From NCBI GenBank assembly GCA_965602795.1, contig CBFCZR010000001.1, positions 1-39,150 on the forward strand: a stretch of 39,150 bases of DNA, written 5' to 3'. Below, piece by piece: positions 7,571 to 16,368 of the stretch. A model generated the notes under the pieces. The model was not told the origin of the DNA, searched no databases, and saw only the letters and a list, made by a program, of their open reading frames with translations. This DNA is from Candidatus Bathyarchaeota archaeon (lineage in GTDB: Archaea > Thermoproteota > Bathyarchaeia > Bathyarchaeales > Bathyarchaeaceae). The position numbers and the translations under genes are program-made. Within the stretch, counting starts at the first letter, position 1. The number at the start of each line of letters is the position of its first letter.

Positions 7571-7696
7571 GTGGCAAATTGGGTATGTCTGAAGTGTGGG
7601 CATAAATGGGTGGATGAAAGCAAAGTGGAACCTAGGCAATGTCCAGTGTGTGGATGCTGCAATATCTACGTTCCAAAGGTTATCAAAAAGAAGTAG
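7571..7696 (+). CDS. Candidate mini zinc-ribbon protein (41 aa), below the ORF-track length cutoff
   Basis: A hand translation gives (M)ANWVCLKCGHKWVDESKVEPRQCPVCGCCNIYVPKVIKKK*. It has a GTG start, with GGAG at 7558-7561 nine nt upstream. The CxxC-x14-CxxC pattern is typical of rubredoxin-like ribbons. Confidence 0.4.
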   Translation: MANWVCLKCGHKWVDESKVEPRQCPVCGCCNIYVPKVIKKK

Positions 7697-7898
7697 GTCA
7701 TAGGTAATTGACGGGACCGGCAGAACATTCCGAATTTAGGTTTTTTGTATTCAAAGTGCTATCCGTTACGTCTTTGTTTAGACAATGTTAAAAAGCTAAA
7801 ACGTTTTTTCCTCAAGAAAGGAAGTAGGATAACAGTGGATACCACAAGAGAAATAAAGGGTTTCATTGATTTCATTGACGAGAAGAGGTTGCAGTAAG

Positions 7899-10130
7899 GT
7901 GCCTAGTAAAGATAAAGTTGTTAATGCCTTAATGAACATTGGAGCTCTTCGCTTCCGAATATCTCATTCTTCTCTGCTGCACATATCCCTACTTGGACTT
8001 ATTCTTGTTATAGCCGCTCTAATTAGATTGCTTCCTCTCCGCTGGGGGTTCCAACTTTCAGAATTTGACCCCCATCTTCATTACCGTTTAACCAAGCACA
8101 TGGTTGAAAACGGATTCTTCGCTTGGGCATCATGGACAGACCCCATGAGCTGGTACCCACAAGGATATAATATCTCAGCCTCAATTTTTCCGGGTCTAGC
8201 AGCAACAACAGCGTTCTTTTATCAGATAGCCAATGCGCTGAATCTTGCTCCGGCGGCGATCCTCAGTTCAGAAGTCTATCATCCCCTAACGGCTGACCCA
8301 GTTTTCAATTTCTGCGTAATATTTCCAGTGATTATGGCGACAGCGACAGTTTTGGTTATCTACTTTTTGGGGAGAGACATTGGTGGTAAAGAAGTGGGTC
8401 TTTTCTCAGCTTTCTTTTTAGCGCTAAGTTCAGCGTATATTAGTCGTACCTCTCTTGGGTTTTTTGACGATGAAACCGTTGGAATCTTCGGTATCCTCTT
8501 GTTTATCTTCTTCTTTCTAAGGTCAATTGACTCCGAAAGGCCTCTAAAAAACAGCGTTGCCTATTCGGTCGCTGGAGGATTATCGTTAGGTTATCTTTTT
8601 TCGTCTTGGGGAGCAGCACGGTATCCGCTTGGAATTACATTGATTTTTGTTCTTGTTCTACTCGTGCTACGGCGATATTCATCTCGTCTCTTGCTTTCCT
8701 ACGGCACAACCTTTGGTGTGGCGCTTTTAATAGCCGTAAATGTGCCAAAGCTAGGCCTCAATTTTCTAAGAGAACCTACAGTTTTGGCAGTGGCTGGAAT
8801 GTTTCTTTTGTTGGGCATAATCGAAGCTTCTCGACATACAAAAACTACTAGGAATAAAATGTTTTTTGTAGTTGGTTTCTTAGCGCTTATTGTAGTCGGG
8901 TTCGTTGCGCTTAATCAGCTCGGGTTAATTGGGTCATTACAATCCAAGTTTGTCTCAGTTATTTTTCCTTCTGAACGTATAGGTGAAAGCACTATACAAC
9001 AACTTGTGCAGTCTGTACAAGAACACAAACCTGCCACTTGGGGGTCATTTTATTACGACTTAGGTATAGGAATCCTCTTTGTACCTATCGGTTTATTCTT
9101 CACTTTGCAGAATCCCACAAACCGCAACATTTTCCTCGCAATCTTCGGTCTAACAGCCATCTACTTTGCTGGTTCCATGGTCAGGTTAACTTTGCTTATG
9201 GCTCCAGCGTTGAGCCTCTTATGGGCGTTAGCTTTGGTTCAATTGGTCAAACCCTTTGTCACCATTCTACGGGATAATAACCCTAAAATCTCAAGGCGTA
9301 AAATGCGTTTCAGGTCTCGCGTGGGCAAAGAATTCAGCGCAGCCTTCATCATTTTGATGTTTCTCCTCTTGACAGTTACCTTTGTGTTGCCAAGCGCAGG
9401 CTCTGACCATCCGAGAGCTATAGCACGTGCATATTCACCTACAACAATTGCCGCTTCGAGTTTGCCTATTAGGACTACTGAACCAATCAGCGACTGGTTA
9501 GATACCCTCAACTGGATGCGGGTTAACCTAGATGAAAGTGATGTAGTGGCAGCTTGGTGGGACTATGGATATTGGATTACGGCTATCGGCAATAAAACAA
9601 CTCTTGCAGATAACGGTACAATAAATGCTACTCAGATAAGCCAGATTGGACAAATGTTCATGTCAAACGAAACCGGAGCCCTTGAAATCTTAGGACAGTT
9701 TAATGAACGCGGAGAATACAATGTAACACATATCTTAGTTTTTGTAAGCTTTGCAACAGACGGCTCTGAAATATATGATGCAGGATACGGCGATGAAGGC
9801 AAGTGGAGATGGATGGCCCGTATTGGCGGATTAGACGATAACAAATACGGGAACTATACATCATTGGGAAAGGATTGGGTGGATACAAACGATAACGGTC
9901 AAGAAGATGAGGGCGAATTAATAGATAACGAGTTAGGACAGAACACCGTTGTATACAAACTGATGCGCTATGCAAGCGAGACACTTGCTTTGGGCAGTTC
10001 AGACATCCAGTTAGAGCACTTTGAGCCAGCCTATTTTTCACAGAACGAGGATACGTTCCAGTGGCATCAAAGGTCGTCAGACGAGTATTTCGGATGGGCA
10101 GTATGTGTATACAAAATCAACTATGATTAA
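7899..10130 (+). CDS. aglB: Archaeal oligosaccharyltransferase AglB (STT3 family)
   Basis: The N-terminal half is multi-pass TM. The diagnostic WWDYGYW motif is present (AAWWDYGYWITAIG), as is an acidic loop (GFFDDETVG), followed by a soluble C-terminal domain. The start is ambiguous: TTG 7866, GTG 7899 (GAGGT upstream) or ATG 7932. Confidence 0.9.
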   Translation: MPSKDKVVNALMNIGALRFRISHSSLLHISLLGLILVIAALIRLLPLRWGFQLSEFDPHLHYRLTKHMVENGFFAWASWTDPMSWYPQGYNISASIFPGLAATTAFFYQIANALNLAPAAILSSEVYHPLTADPVFNFCVIFPVIMATATVLVIYFLGRDIGGKEVGLFSAFFLALSSAYISRTSLGFFDDETVGIFGILLFIFFFLRSIDSERPLKNSVAYSVAGGLSLGYLFSSWGAARYPLGITLIFVLVLLVLRRYSSRLLLSYGTTFGVALLIAVNVPKLGLNFLREPTVLAVAGMFLLLGIIEASRHTKTTRNKMFFVVGFLALIVVGFVALNQLGLIGSLQSKFVSVIFPSERIGESTIQQLVQSVQEHKPATWGSFYYDLGIGILFVPIGLFFTLQNPTNRNIFLAIFGLTAIYFAGSMVRLTLLMAPALSLLWALALVQLVKPFVTILRDNNPKISRRKMRFRSRVGKEFSAAFIILMFLLLTVTFVLPSAGSDHPRAIARAYSPTTIAASSLPIRTTEPISDWLDTLNWMRVNLDESDVVAAWWDYGYWITAIGNKTTLADNGTINATQISQIGQMFMSNETGALEILGQFNERGEYNVTHILVFVSFATDGSEIYDAGYGDEGKWRWMARIGGLDDNKYGNYTSLGKDWVDTNDNGQEDEGELIDNELGQNTVVYKLMRYASETLALGSSDIQLEHFEPAYFSQNEDTFQWHQRSSDEYFGWAVCVYKINYD

Positions 10131-10139
10131 CTGTAGAGA

Positions 10140-10925
10140 TTAAGAGATGTAGGTGATTCTTTCCTCTTCTACTCTTCGCATCTTCTGCACATACTTAACG
10201 CGCCGTTTCTCGATGTCACGCATTCTACCCAGAATCTCTTTAGAACGCTCTATCTCCTCATTCAATCCCTTCAAATCAACAGTAACATTAATGATTCTCT
10301 GCAGAATCTCGATAACGCTCTTAGCCGTCTTCGGATCAGGCAAATAGCCGCGAGTCTCACCCAAAAGACAAACAGCATCTAGCTTCTTCCTGAATTTCGC
10401 TAAGCCTAAAAGCAAACCTGCTGTGCCAACGATTGGGGTTCCCGCTTCGCTGGATACAGCCTTGGCTTTCAGAGCGCTCTCAAAGAGAGCAGGGTTTGTG
10501 GATACTGCAACTACATTCGGGGCGCCTTCAACTTCGTTTCTGTATCCGCCAATGGTTATGATTTTTTCAACTTTCTTCTGTTCAGCAAAATCAAGGATGC
10601 TGTTGGCTACCTCAAACTGCCCCTCAATTGTTTGGGGTTGGCTGTCTCCAGTTAAGAAGATTAAGTCGTTTTCTCCGGTCTCGTTTTTCCAGAAATAAAA
10701 GTCCCCACGCAGAAGCCTAACGCCTCCATTTTTGTCGACGAGAACATGGTAGGGAAAGTGGGGAGAATGCAGGGTTGCATACTTTTTTGCTTTTAATTGC
10801 TTTGCAAGATAGTTGGTGGCTATGCTGCCCACCATACCTAACCCAGGAAATCCTTCAATCAAAATCGGATTCTTCAACTCAACATTAGTTAATTCCTTAA
10901 TCACTGTCTTTTTCATTCTGACCAT
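10140..10925 (-). CDS. PAC2-family proteasome assembly chaperone-like protein
   Basis: N-terminus NPILIEGFPGLGMVGSIATNYL is typical of the PAC2 / ATP-grasp-like family. It ends in a C-terminal coiled tail. It occupies the conserved position downstream of Nop10. Confidence 0.75.
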   Translation of the reverse strand: MVRMKKTVIKELTNVELKNPILIEGFPGLGMVGSIATNYLAKQLKAKKYATLHSPHFPYHVLVDKNGGVRLLRGDFYFWKNETGENDLIFLTGDSQPQTIEGQFEVANSILDFAEQKKVEKIITIGGYRNEVEGAPNVVAVSTNPALFESALKAKAVSSEAGTPIVGTAGLLLGLAKFRKKLDAVCLLGETRGYLPDPKTAKSVIEILQRIINVTVDLKGLNEEIERSKEILGRMRDIEKRRVKYVQKMRRVEEERITYIS

Positions 10926-11082
10926 AACCTCTCATTGCTCGTCTATATTTTGCGTATTTGTCTTCAGGCGAGAATTTAGCAGGATGCGGAATACGCACTT
11001 CTCCACCACAAACAGGACAACTTTCCTGACTCAGCGTATACTCCCCGCATTTGACACATTTTCTAAGCAGCCAAACCATCAT
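10897..11082 (-). CDS. nop10: H/ACA RNP subunit Nop10
   Basis: MMVWLLRKCVKCGEYTLSQESCPVCGGEVRIPHPAKFSPEDKYAKYRR matches the Nop10 zinc ribbon plus the HPxxFSPEDKY motif. I place the start at the MM pair (11082/11079), not at 11142. It overlaps the PAC2 start by 29 nt. Confidence 0.9.
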   Translation of the reverse strand: MMVWLLRKCVKCGEYTLSQESCPVCGGEVRIPHPAKFSPEDKYAKYRRAMRGYGQNEKDSD

Positions 11083-11330
11083 TCCCACCAGCTTTCTATA
11101 TCGCATTAGACACCCATACCTATTTACGTTTCCAACAAGCAAGGGGCGCCCTATTGACAGTTCTTGGATGAAAGAAAGATTATATCAAAGTTTCCCCAAA
11201 ACCGCAAGGAAGTAAACCCGCTGTCTCCCAAGTTACTTGACATATTTGGAGACTAATAGAGGTACATTGTTGAAAACAGTGTTTTTTCCTAAAAACCAAG
11301 AGGGATAAAGATGCGCTGTTTAGTAGCAGG

Positions 11331-12122
11331 CTATTTCTCTCGTTTGAAGGAGCCGGTTCCGCCGTTCTTTTCGATAAATTTTATTGCAGACTCGGTGGTT
11401 TTCTCCATGATGTTCTCTGCGCTTTTGTAGTCCTCAGCCGAAACCACGATGCGATATTTGGGAGGCGAAACCAGATAAACATCCACATCCGCATCCTCTG
11501 CTTCACCAACTTCTTTAGCGTGCTTCAAGGTATCCTTGATGATGAGCACCCCCTTAGGCTTCGGGTTCTGAAGCTCCAAAAGTCCCTTCACATTCACCAA
11601 CGATATCTGAATCTTTTCCTTCGCAATCTCCTCCAAGGTAACTGCAAGCTCCTTGTCTACCCCCAGCTCCAGCAGAACATCCACACCATCTTTCGCGGTT
11701 TTCTCCAGCCCATAATAAAGCTCCCCAAAAGTCTTCTCTATCAACGCCCCCGCCTTTTCGTAAGCTTCCTCGAAAGAAATGTTCAATTTTTCAGCGGCTG
11801 TCCGCAGCAGACTCTCCGCTTTCCGGTCCTTCTTCCAAGACTGAAGCTTCTCTTTTTTATTCCGTTTCGTCACCCTTCTACGTGACAAGTCAACATGACC
11901 CTTTTCCGGGTGAACACGCAGAACCTTAAGCACAACTTTCTGTCCTTCACGAACATAATCGCGGATATTTCTTACCCACCGAGAAGCAACCTCAGAAACG
12001 TGCAGGAGACCCTCCTTGTCGTATTCATCTAATCTAACGTAGGCGCCATAATCGGTTATCCTTAAAACAGTAGCTATAACAAAATCGCCTCGTTCAGGCC
12101 ATTCAGGTCTCCTCAAACTCAT
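11331..12122 (-). CDS. eif2a: Translation initiation factor aIF2 alpha subunit
   Basis: An S1 domain is present (GDFVIATVLRITDYGAYVRLDEYDKEGLLHVSEVASRWVRNIRDYV), followed by helical and alpha/beta domains. GGAGGAG lies 8 nt upstream of the ATG. Confidence 0.93.
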   Translation of the reverse strand: MSLRRPEWPERGDFVIATVLRITDYGAYVRLDEYDKEGLLHVSEVASRWVRNIRDYVREGQKVVLKVLRVHPEKGHVDLSRRRVTKRNKKEKLQSWKKDRKAESLLRTAAEKLNISFEEAYEKAGALIEKTFGELYYGLEKTAKDGVDVLLELGVDKELAVTLEEIAKEKIQISLVNVKGLLELQNPKPKGVLIIKDTLKHAKEVGEAEDADVDVYLVSPPKYRIVVSAEDYKSAENIMEKTTESAIKFIEKNGGTGSFKREK

Positions 12123-12143
12123 TTTCTTTTCTCCTCCGCCCGT

Positions 12144-12341
12144 TTATTCTAGGACGGCAGTTATTTCTCCCTTGACATTCGTTTTGCCGCTGGAAGGCTC
12201 TGCTAAAATCGCTCCACACACGTTGCAGTGAACAAAGGTGGTAGCGTGACTGAAGACAAACTGTTCATTTCCGCAGTCAGGACACTTTATTCTATAGAAC
12301 CTGCTTTTAGGTTTCGGTATAACTTTATCCCATTCACTCAA
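12144..12341 (-). CDS. rps27e: 30S ribosomal protein S27e (eS27)
   Basis: FYRIKCPDCGNEQFVFSHATTFVHCNVCGAILAEPSSGK is the S27e C4 zinc ribbon. It has a TTG start preceded by GGAGTGA. Confidence 0.93.
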   Translation of the reverse strand: MSEWDKVIPKPKSRFYRIKCPDCGNEQFVFSHATTFVHCNVCGAILAEPSSGKTNVKGEITAVLE

Positions 12342-12358
12342 TTCTTTTTCACTCCACT

Positions 12359-12637
12359 TTAGGTTATAGTCACCTTTTTAAGACGAATTCCGTCCTTATG
12401 CCGCATATAGCCGCACTTCTTACACTTTAGCCTCAGAGTCTGCTTTTTGGTTGTTTTGGCAAACTTTCTTTGGCGAGGAAACTTCTGTCCACCATACCCC
12501 TTCTTTTCCCGCAGTGCATGATGCCTCTCTCCCTTAGCTAAGGCTCTCCTCTTCCCAGCCTTATACAAGGAAACAGTGTGAACCTGATGAGACTTACACT
12601 TGGGACAGTATGTGGTAATTTCTTTTGGCACGTTCAT
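12359..12637 (-). CDS. rpl44e: 50S ribosomal protein L44e (eL42)
   Basis: MNVPKEITTYCPKCKSHQVHTV...KGYGGQKFP...LRLKCKKCGY shows the L44e hallmarks. TATAAATA-like boxes lie upstream on the minus strand at about 12660-12690. Confidence 0.93.
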   Translation of the reverse strand: MNVPKEITTYCPKCKSHQVHTVSLYKAGKRRALAKGERHHALREKKGYGGQKFPRQRKFAKTTKKQTLRLKCKKCGYMRHKDGIRLKKVTIT

Positions 12638-12832
12638 ACGATCACTGACTGGTTAAGTATAAAACAGCCCCCTTAATTACTATTTATACGTTTCTGGAAA
12701 CAGAACCGAAATCCACCCTAAAAAAAGTAGCGCATCTTCAACATCATAACAGAAACAGGCTATAGACGTTTAAGCTCCATGTGAAACAGAATATTTTAAC
12801 TACAAACACAGCCTACTCTATTTCTGATTAAA

Positions 12833-13285
12833 GTGAACACACAGAAGAACGCGTACATAGACGTTAATCCAGTTATAGTGACCACAGACGGCAAAATAGT
12901 TCTCGCCAAAAGAATACAGTATATTGTGGGAGGAGGAAAATGGCACCTGCCCGGAGGAAGAGTGCAATATAAGGAAACGTTAGAAGCAACCCTGAAGAGA
13001 GTAGCCCTTACAAAAACCAATCTGAAAATCAAACTGTTCTACCCATCCCTAAAGGAAAGCCTTGTTGGAATCTATGACGACCCAGAGAGGGACCCCCGGC
13101 AACACGTCATAAGCATCGCGTTTTTGTGCAAGATTGTAGATGGGGAAGCAAAACCAGGAGCCAAAGTTGATGCAGTCAACAGCTTCTCTGAGGAAGAAAC
13201 AGAAAATCTGAAGATCGCCTTTGACCACAATAAAACGGTCAAGGACGCCTTCTTTATGTTAAAAAAATTAAATGCTCTGCTATGA
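12833..13285 (+). CDS. Nudix-fold protein with a degenerate Nudix box (probably non-catalytic)
   Basis: The fold signature is VIVTTDGKIVLAKR...GKWHLPGGRVQYKETLEATLKRVALTKTNL. The GX5EX7R spacing is kept, but REUXEEXGU reads RVALTKTNL. It has a GTG start. Confidence 0.7.
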   Translation: MNTQKNAYIDVNPVIVTTDGKIVLAKRIQYIVGGGKWHLPGGRVQYKETLEATLKRVALTKTNLKIKLFYPSLKESLVGIYDDPERDPRQHVISIAFLCKIVDGEAKPGAKVDAVNSFSEEETENLKIAFDHNKTVKDAFFMLKKLNALL

Positions 13286-13332
13286 AAATCATGCTATGAA
13301 AGTCACGCAGAGATAGGCGACCGCGCAGATGG

Positions 13333-13824
13333 TTATATGTCATCTGCCAGATATTTCAGATCGAAATCTCTTAGTTTATATCCTGCACCTATGCTGACGA
13401 GGAACGATTCAAAGTCATCCAAACAATTCCCCCAATCCATGGCGAAGGACCGCATGAACTCAGCGTACGCTGAATAGTTCTTGTGAAATGACAGCAAAAC
13501 CAAGTCTTTTCCAAGACCTTCGCCACCAGCGCCGAAGATGACGTTAGGGCGTTTGGCTAACCAATCCTTGGACTTTTTTGATATTTCTGCAGCTACGTCT
13601 GGTTGAGATTTCGTTTTTGCGAAGGTAAATGCCATTATCTGGTAACCAAGCTTCTCAAAGTCTGGAATTATGGTGTAGGTTTTTATGTATTCTTTTTCGA
13701 TTCTAGCTCGCGTTCTGGATACAGTGGGTTGCGAGACGCCTAAGATGCCGGCCAATTCTCTGTCGCTTTTCTTAGAATTTTTCAGCATCTCACTTACTAG
13801 TCTAAGTAACTTTTGAGTTTTCAT
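13333..13824 (-). CDS. Lrp/AsnC-like winged-HTH transcriptional regulator
   Basis: MKTQKLLRLVSEMLKNSKKSDRELAGILGVSQPTVSRTRARIEKE is an HTH, followed by a RAM-like beta-alpha-beta C-terminal half. I place the start at ATG 13824 rather than 13866. Confidence 0.7.
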   Translation of the reverse strand: MKTQKLLRLVSEMLKNSKKSDRELAGILGVSQPTVSRTRARIEKEYIKTYTIIPDFEKLGYQIMAFTFAKTKSQPDVAAEISKKSKDWLAKRPNVIFGAGGEGLGKDLVLLSFHKNYSAYAEFMRSFAMDWGNCLDDFESFLVSIGAGYKLRDFDLKYLADDI

Positions 13825-14066
13825 AATATAGTATTTTGTGACAAGTCCTTTAAAAGTTTGATGCATTCTTCACCCGCTTCTTTAAAAGGGAGCGGTAGTT
13901 TGGTGTTTGTTTCGATACATTTCTGCCGATTTTTGTACCTGAGCTCCATGGAACGACAGACAAACCATGAGCGCGGATAGGCTCTTTGAATAGAAAGTGC
14001 AAAAATCGCGGCTAGACTATTCATAAGATTGCATCGCTGATTGTATAACGTTAACCCCTCTGTCGG

Positions 14067-14621
14067 TTAGGTTGAATCCACTTCTAAGGCTACCCCTTTT
14101 TTGATGAGGATTCGAGCGTTTTCGGGAGGCAGAGTCGCGATATCCTCTGGCGCAAACGGACCGTAAGTTTTCATATCAGCCCCAACCAAGGCTGGAATTT
14201 CCTTAACGAAACGTAGAACAATCATCGTTTGTTCTGCAACCTTTCCGATGTTTGATAAATGTCCGCGGAGAATGTTTTTAGAGAAGGCTTTGTAAGCTTC
14301 GGGTAGTGGCAAAACTTCGCCGTATAGCTTTTTTTCTTCGTCAGTTAAGCATTCTTTGTTTATGGTTTCTTTGTTCAAAGTTTTTTCCAAGAATTTCTTG
14401 TAGCGATGTTGAAGAAGTTCGCCAAGCATAATCTTCACGTATCTAAATTCCCTGTCCAGCAGCTTGGCTTTTGTTGTTTTTTTGTCTAACATCCGATTTT
14501 CTTCTTTCATTTTTTGAATGTACGAAGCAATTTTGGAATAGAAGTTCTTGGGGAGCCTCTGAACATCCCTAGTTTCTTTTTCTTTGTTCCACACTTCATA
14601 GAGTTCATCATACAATTTCAC
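14067..14621 (-). CDS. gins51: GINS complex subunit (Gins51/Gins15 type)
   Basis: The helical N-terminus is MKLYDELYEVWNKEKETRDVQRLPKNFYSKIASYIQKMKEE. A small C-terminal beta domain follows. There is a 4-nt overlap with priS, and priS-gins is a conserved archaeal pairing. Confidence 0.8.
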   Translation of the reverse strand: MKLYDELYEVWNKEKETRDVQRLPKNFYSKIASYIQKMKEENRMLDKKTTKAKLLDREFRYVKIMLGELLQHRYKKFLEKTLNKETINKECLTDEEKKLYGEVLPLPEAYKAFSKNILRGHLSNIGKVAEQTMIVLRFVKEIPALVGADMKTYGPFAPEDIATLPPENARILIKKGVALEVDST

Positions 14622-15871
14622 TGCACCACCTTTGCCACTCCCTTACACAACAGCATCAACGCCGCCGCAGTGGGAAGTTCAATTTTCTGCCTTTCAAACG
14701 GACCATATGTTTCGTCCTCCACCCTGAATTGGGGAGCCTCTGAAACAAGAACCGTTACTTCCCCCTCCTTAAAGGCTACTGCGCTCTTAAGAGGATCAAA
14801 ATCTTCGATGCCTGTGATAGGGAATTCCACTTTTTTCAAGCCAGTTTTTCCATGCAACGAATTAGGCAACCTTATCAAACGGTTGATATCAGGGGTGACC
14901 ACACTGTCGATTTTCACAGACTGCTTTTCCACTCCATACTGAGCTATCTTTCTCCAAGTTTCTGGGCTTATGCCCTTAACGACCCCCCAAGGACCCTTTT
15001 CATTCCAGCTCTTCAGAAGCTTTTCTCTATGTTTAATTATCGGATTTATTTGTTGAGTCTTTAAGCCGATCTTCGCTAAATCTTCTTTAGAAGCTGTCAG
15101 CAAGAAGTCGTATGTTCCCTTAGCCACTCGCCCCCTCCATCCGCGGTCATTCAAGTCTGGACCAGAAACCCTTCTATCGGGTGTAGCGCTTTTCCCCAAA
15201 CCATGAAATTCAGCCTCTAACCCTATCCCCATGACATAATCAACAATCTCTTTACGAGCCAACGAATCCAACCCCCGAACCGCTTCACTCTCCACATGAA
15301 CATGATAGCCTCTATGCCCCGAAAAGGCAACAGTTAACACCTTTGATGAAAAACCGAACTCCTCAATCAAAACATCCACAAGCTTAATCGCCTCAACCTT
15401 AGAAGCCTCTAAACAAACTTCGCAAAACCAACTCTTTTCCTTGAATTTTATTCCACCACAACTTGGACATTTCTGGGGAGACACTCCTCTGCCAGAAGCA
15501 CCACAACCCGTGCAGACCCAGAAGTTATGAACCGTGGAACATGGGGTCGGTATGTGATCCGCGTCTATGTCAAAAACTAGGTCCGCCCCCAGCCAACCTT
15601 TTGCCCTCATCTCTTCCTCGGGACGCTCATAGTAGGCGCTTGAGTAGTAAACGTCTGAAGGCACAACAGTAGCCAATGAGGACCTGAGGCGTTCAACGTC
15701 CATGAAGCCCTTGTGCCTCAGCATAACTCTCTTTTCAAGGAGTAGAAAACCAAACTCCCGCCTTTCGAGAGAGGAAGGAGCAAGAATAGACGCGGAGTGC
15801 TGTTTATAGTAGTCAGCGAATTTGTCTCGGATGAAACTCTGTGACAAAGAGGACATGTAATATTCCGCCAA
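14618..15871 (-). CDS. priS: DNA primase small (catalytic) subunit PriS
   Basis: Catalytic motifs are present: GADLVFDIDADH and SGHRGYHVHV. A zinc motif is present: CTGCGASGRGVSPQKCPSCGG. Confidence 0.92.
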   Translation of the reverse strand: MAEYYMSSLSQSFIRDKFADYYKQHSASILAPSSLERREFGFLLLEKRVMLRHKGFMDVERLRSSLATVVPSDVYYSSAYYERPEEEMRAKGWLGADLVFDIDADHIPTPCSTVHNFWVCTGCGASGRGVSPQKCPSCGGIKFKEKSWFCEVCLEASKVEAIKLVDVLIEEFGFSSKVLTVAFSGHRGYHVHVESEAVRGLDSLARKEIVDYVMGIGLEAEFHGLGKSATPDRRVSGPDLNDRGWRGRVAKGTYDFLLTASKEDLAKIGLKTQQINPIIKHREKLLKSWNEKGPWGVVKGISPETWRKIAQYGVEKQSVKIDSVVTPDINRLIRLPNSLHGKTGLKKVEFPITGIEDFDPLKSAVAFKEGEVTVLVSEAPQFRVEDETYGPFERQKIELPTAAALMLLCKGVAKVVQ

Positions 15872-16028
15872 TCGTTTTTATGTTCTTTAGATATATTAGA
15901 GCAAAAACAATATTTAAACCGATTAATGTCGCCTTGAACTTGGAAAGGGGGGTTCTTCAGCGGTTTCCTCGTTTGGTTTTTACGAGGCAAAGCCAGATTA
16001 TTGCGTATTGGATGCTTTTATATGAGAC

Positions 16029-16292
16029 ATGAAACCTAGTAATTTTGAGAGAAAGATGAGAAAAGAAAAGAGAAAACGTGTTCGCGAAGAAAAAGAGGAA
16101 GAAACGGACACAATGGACGTTTATGACGAGAAACAGCTGGAAGAGATGCTGGAGAACGACGAGATAACGGAAGCCGAATACAGTTTCATGCTGGGAAGAG
16201 AAAGAAAGAAAAAGAAGCTGGGGCTAAAAAGAAGAGAACATAAAGACACCCAATCAGTAGAACTAGCAAAAAGCGAATACGAAGAAGACTAA
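16029..16292 (+). CDS. Hypothetical highly charged small protein (87 aa)
   Basis: A Lys/Glu-rich ORF with a central acidic segment (EEMLENDEITEAEYSFMLG). It lies between the two primase subunit genes on the opposite strand. No family is recognised, and a low-complexity ORF could arise by chance. Confidence 0.35.
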   Translation: MKPSNFERKMRKEKRKRVREEKEEETDTMDVYDEKQLEEMLENDEITEAEYSFMLGRERKKKKLGLKRREHKDTQSVELAKSEYEED

Positions 16293-16368
16293 GCTACCAT
16301 GCTACTCAATAGCTCTGTCAGATGCTAGAAAAAAATTATCAAAAGCTAACATGCACTATACAAGAGGC

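Noticed and set aside
11083-11330. Unusually long (about 250 nt) spacer between aIF2alpha and Nop10, checked for C/D-box or H/ACA sRNA
   Set aside because: Only a partial C-box-like string (GGATGAA) is present. It has no matching D box (CUGA) at the right spacing and no terminal stem. There is no convincing hairpin-ACA architecture. The evidence is insufficient to call an sRNA.
13821-14024. 67-aa minus-strand ORF and a 39-aa plus-strand ORF in the spacer between the HTH regulator and gins51
   Set aside because: There is no SD and no motifs. The 67-aa ORF overlaps the rejected N-terminal extension of the regulator. The region is more likely the promoter and terminator spacer.
14514-14942. Long antisense or off-frame ORFs inside confirmed genes. 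Examples: 14514-14942 (142 aa), 24606-25019 (137 aa), 22770-23198 (142 aa), 21302-21673 (123 aa), 11520-11885 (121 aa), 3708-4046 (112 aa), 9700-10041 (113 aa), 29724-30065 (113 aa), and 6717-7025 / 6826-7134 (102 aa each)
   Set aside because: All lie wholly within strongly supported conserved genes on the opposite strand or in another frame. They have Ser/Leu/Arg-rich shadow-ORF composition and no recognisable motifs.
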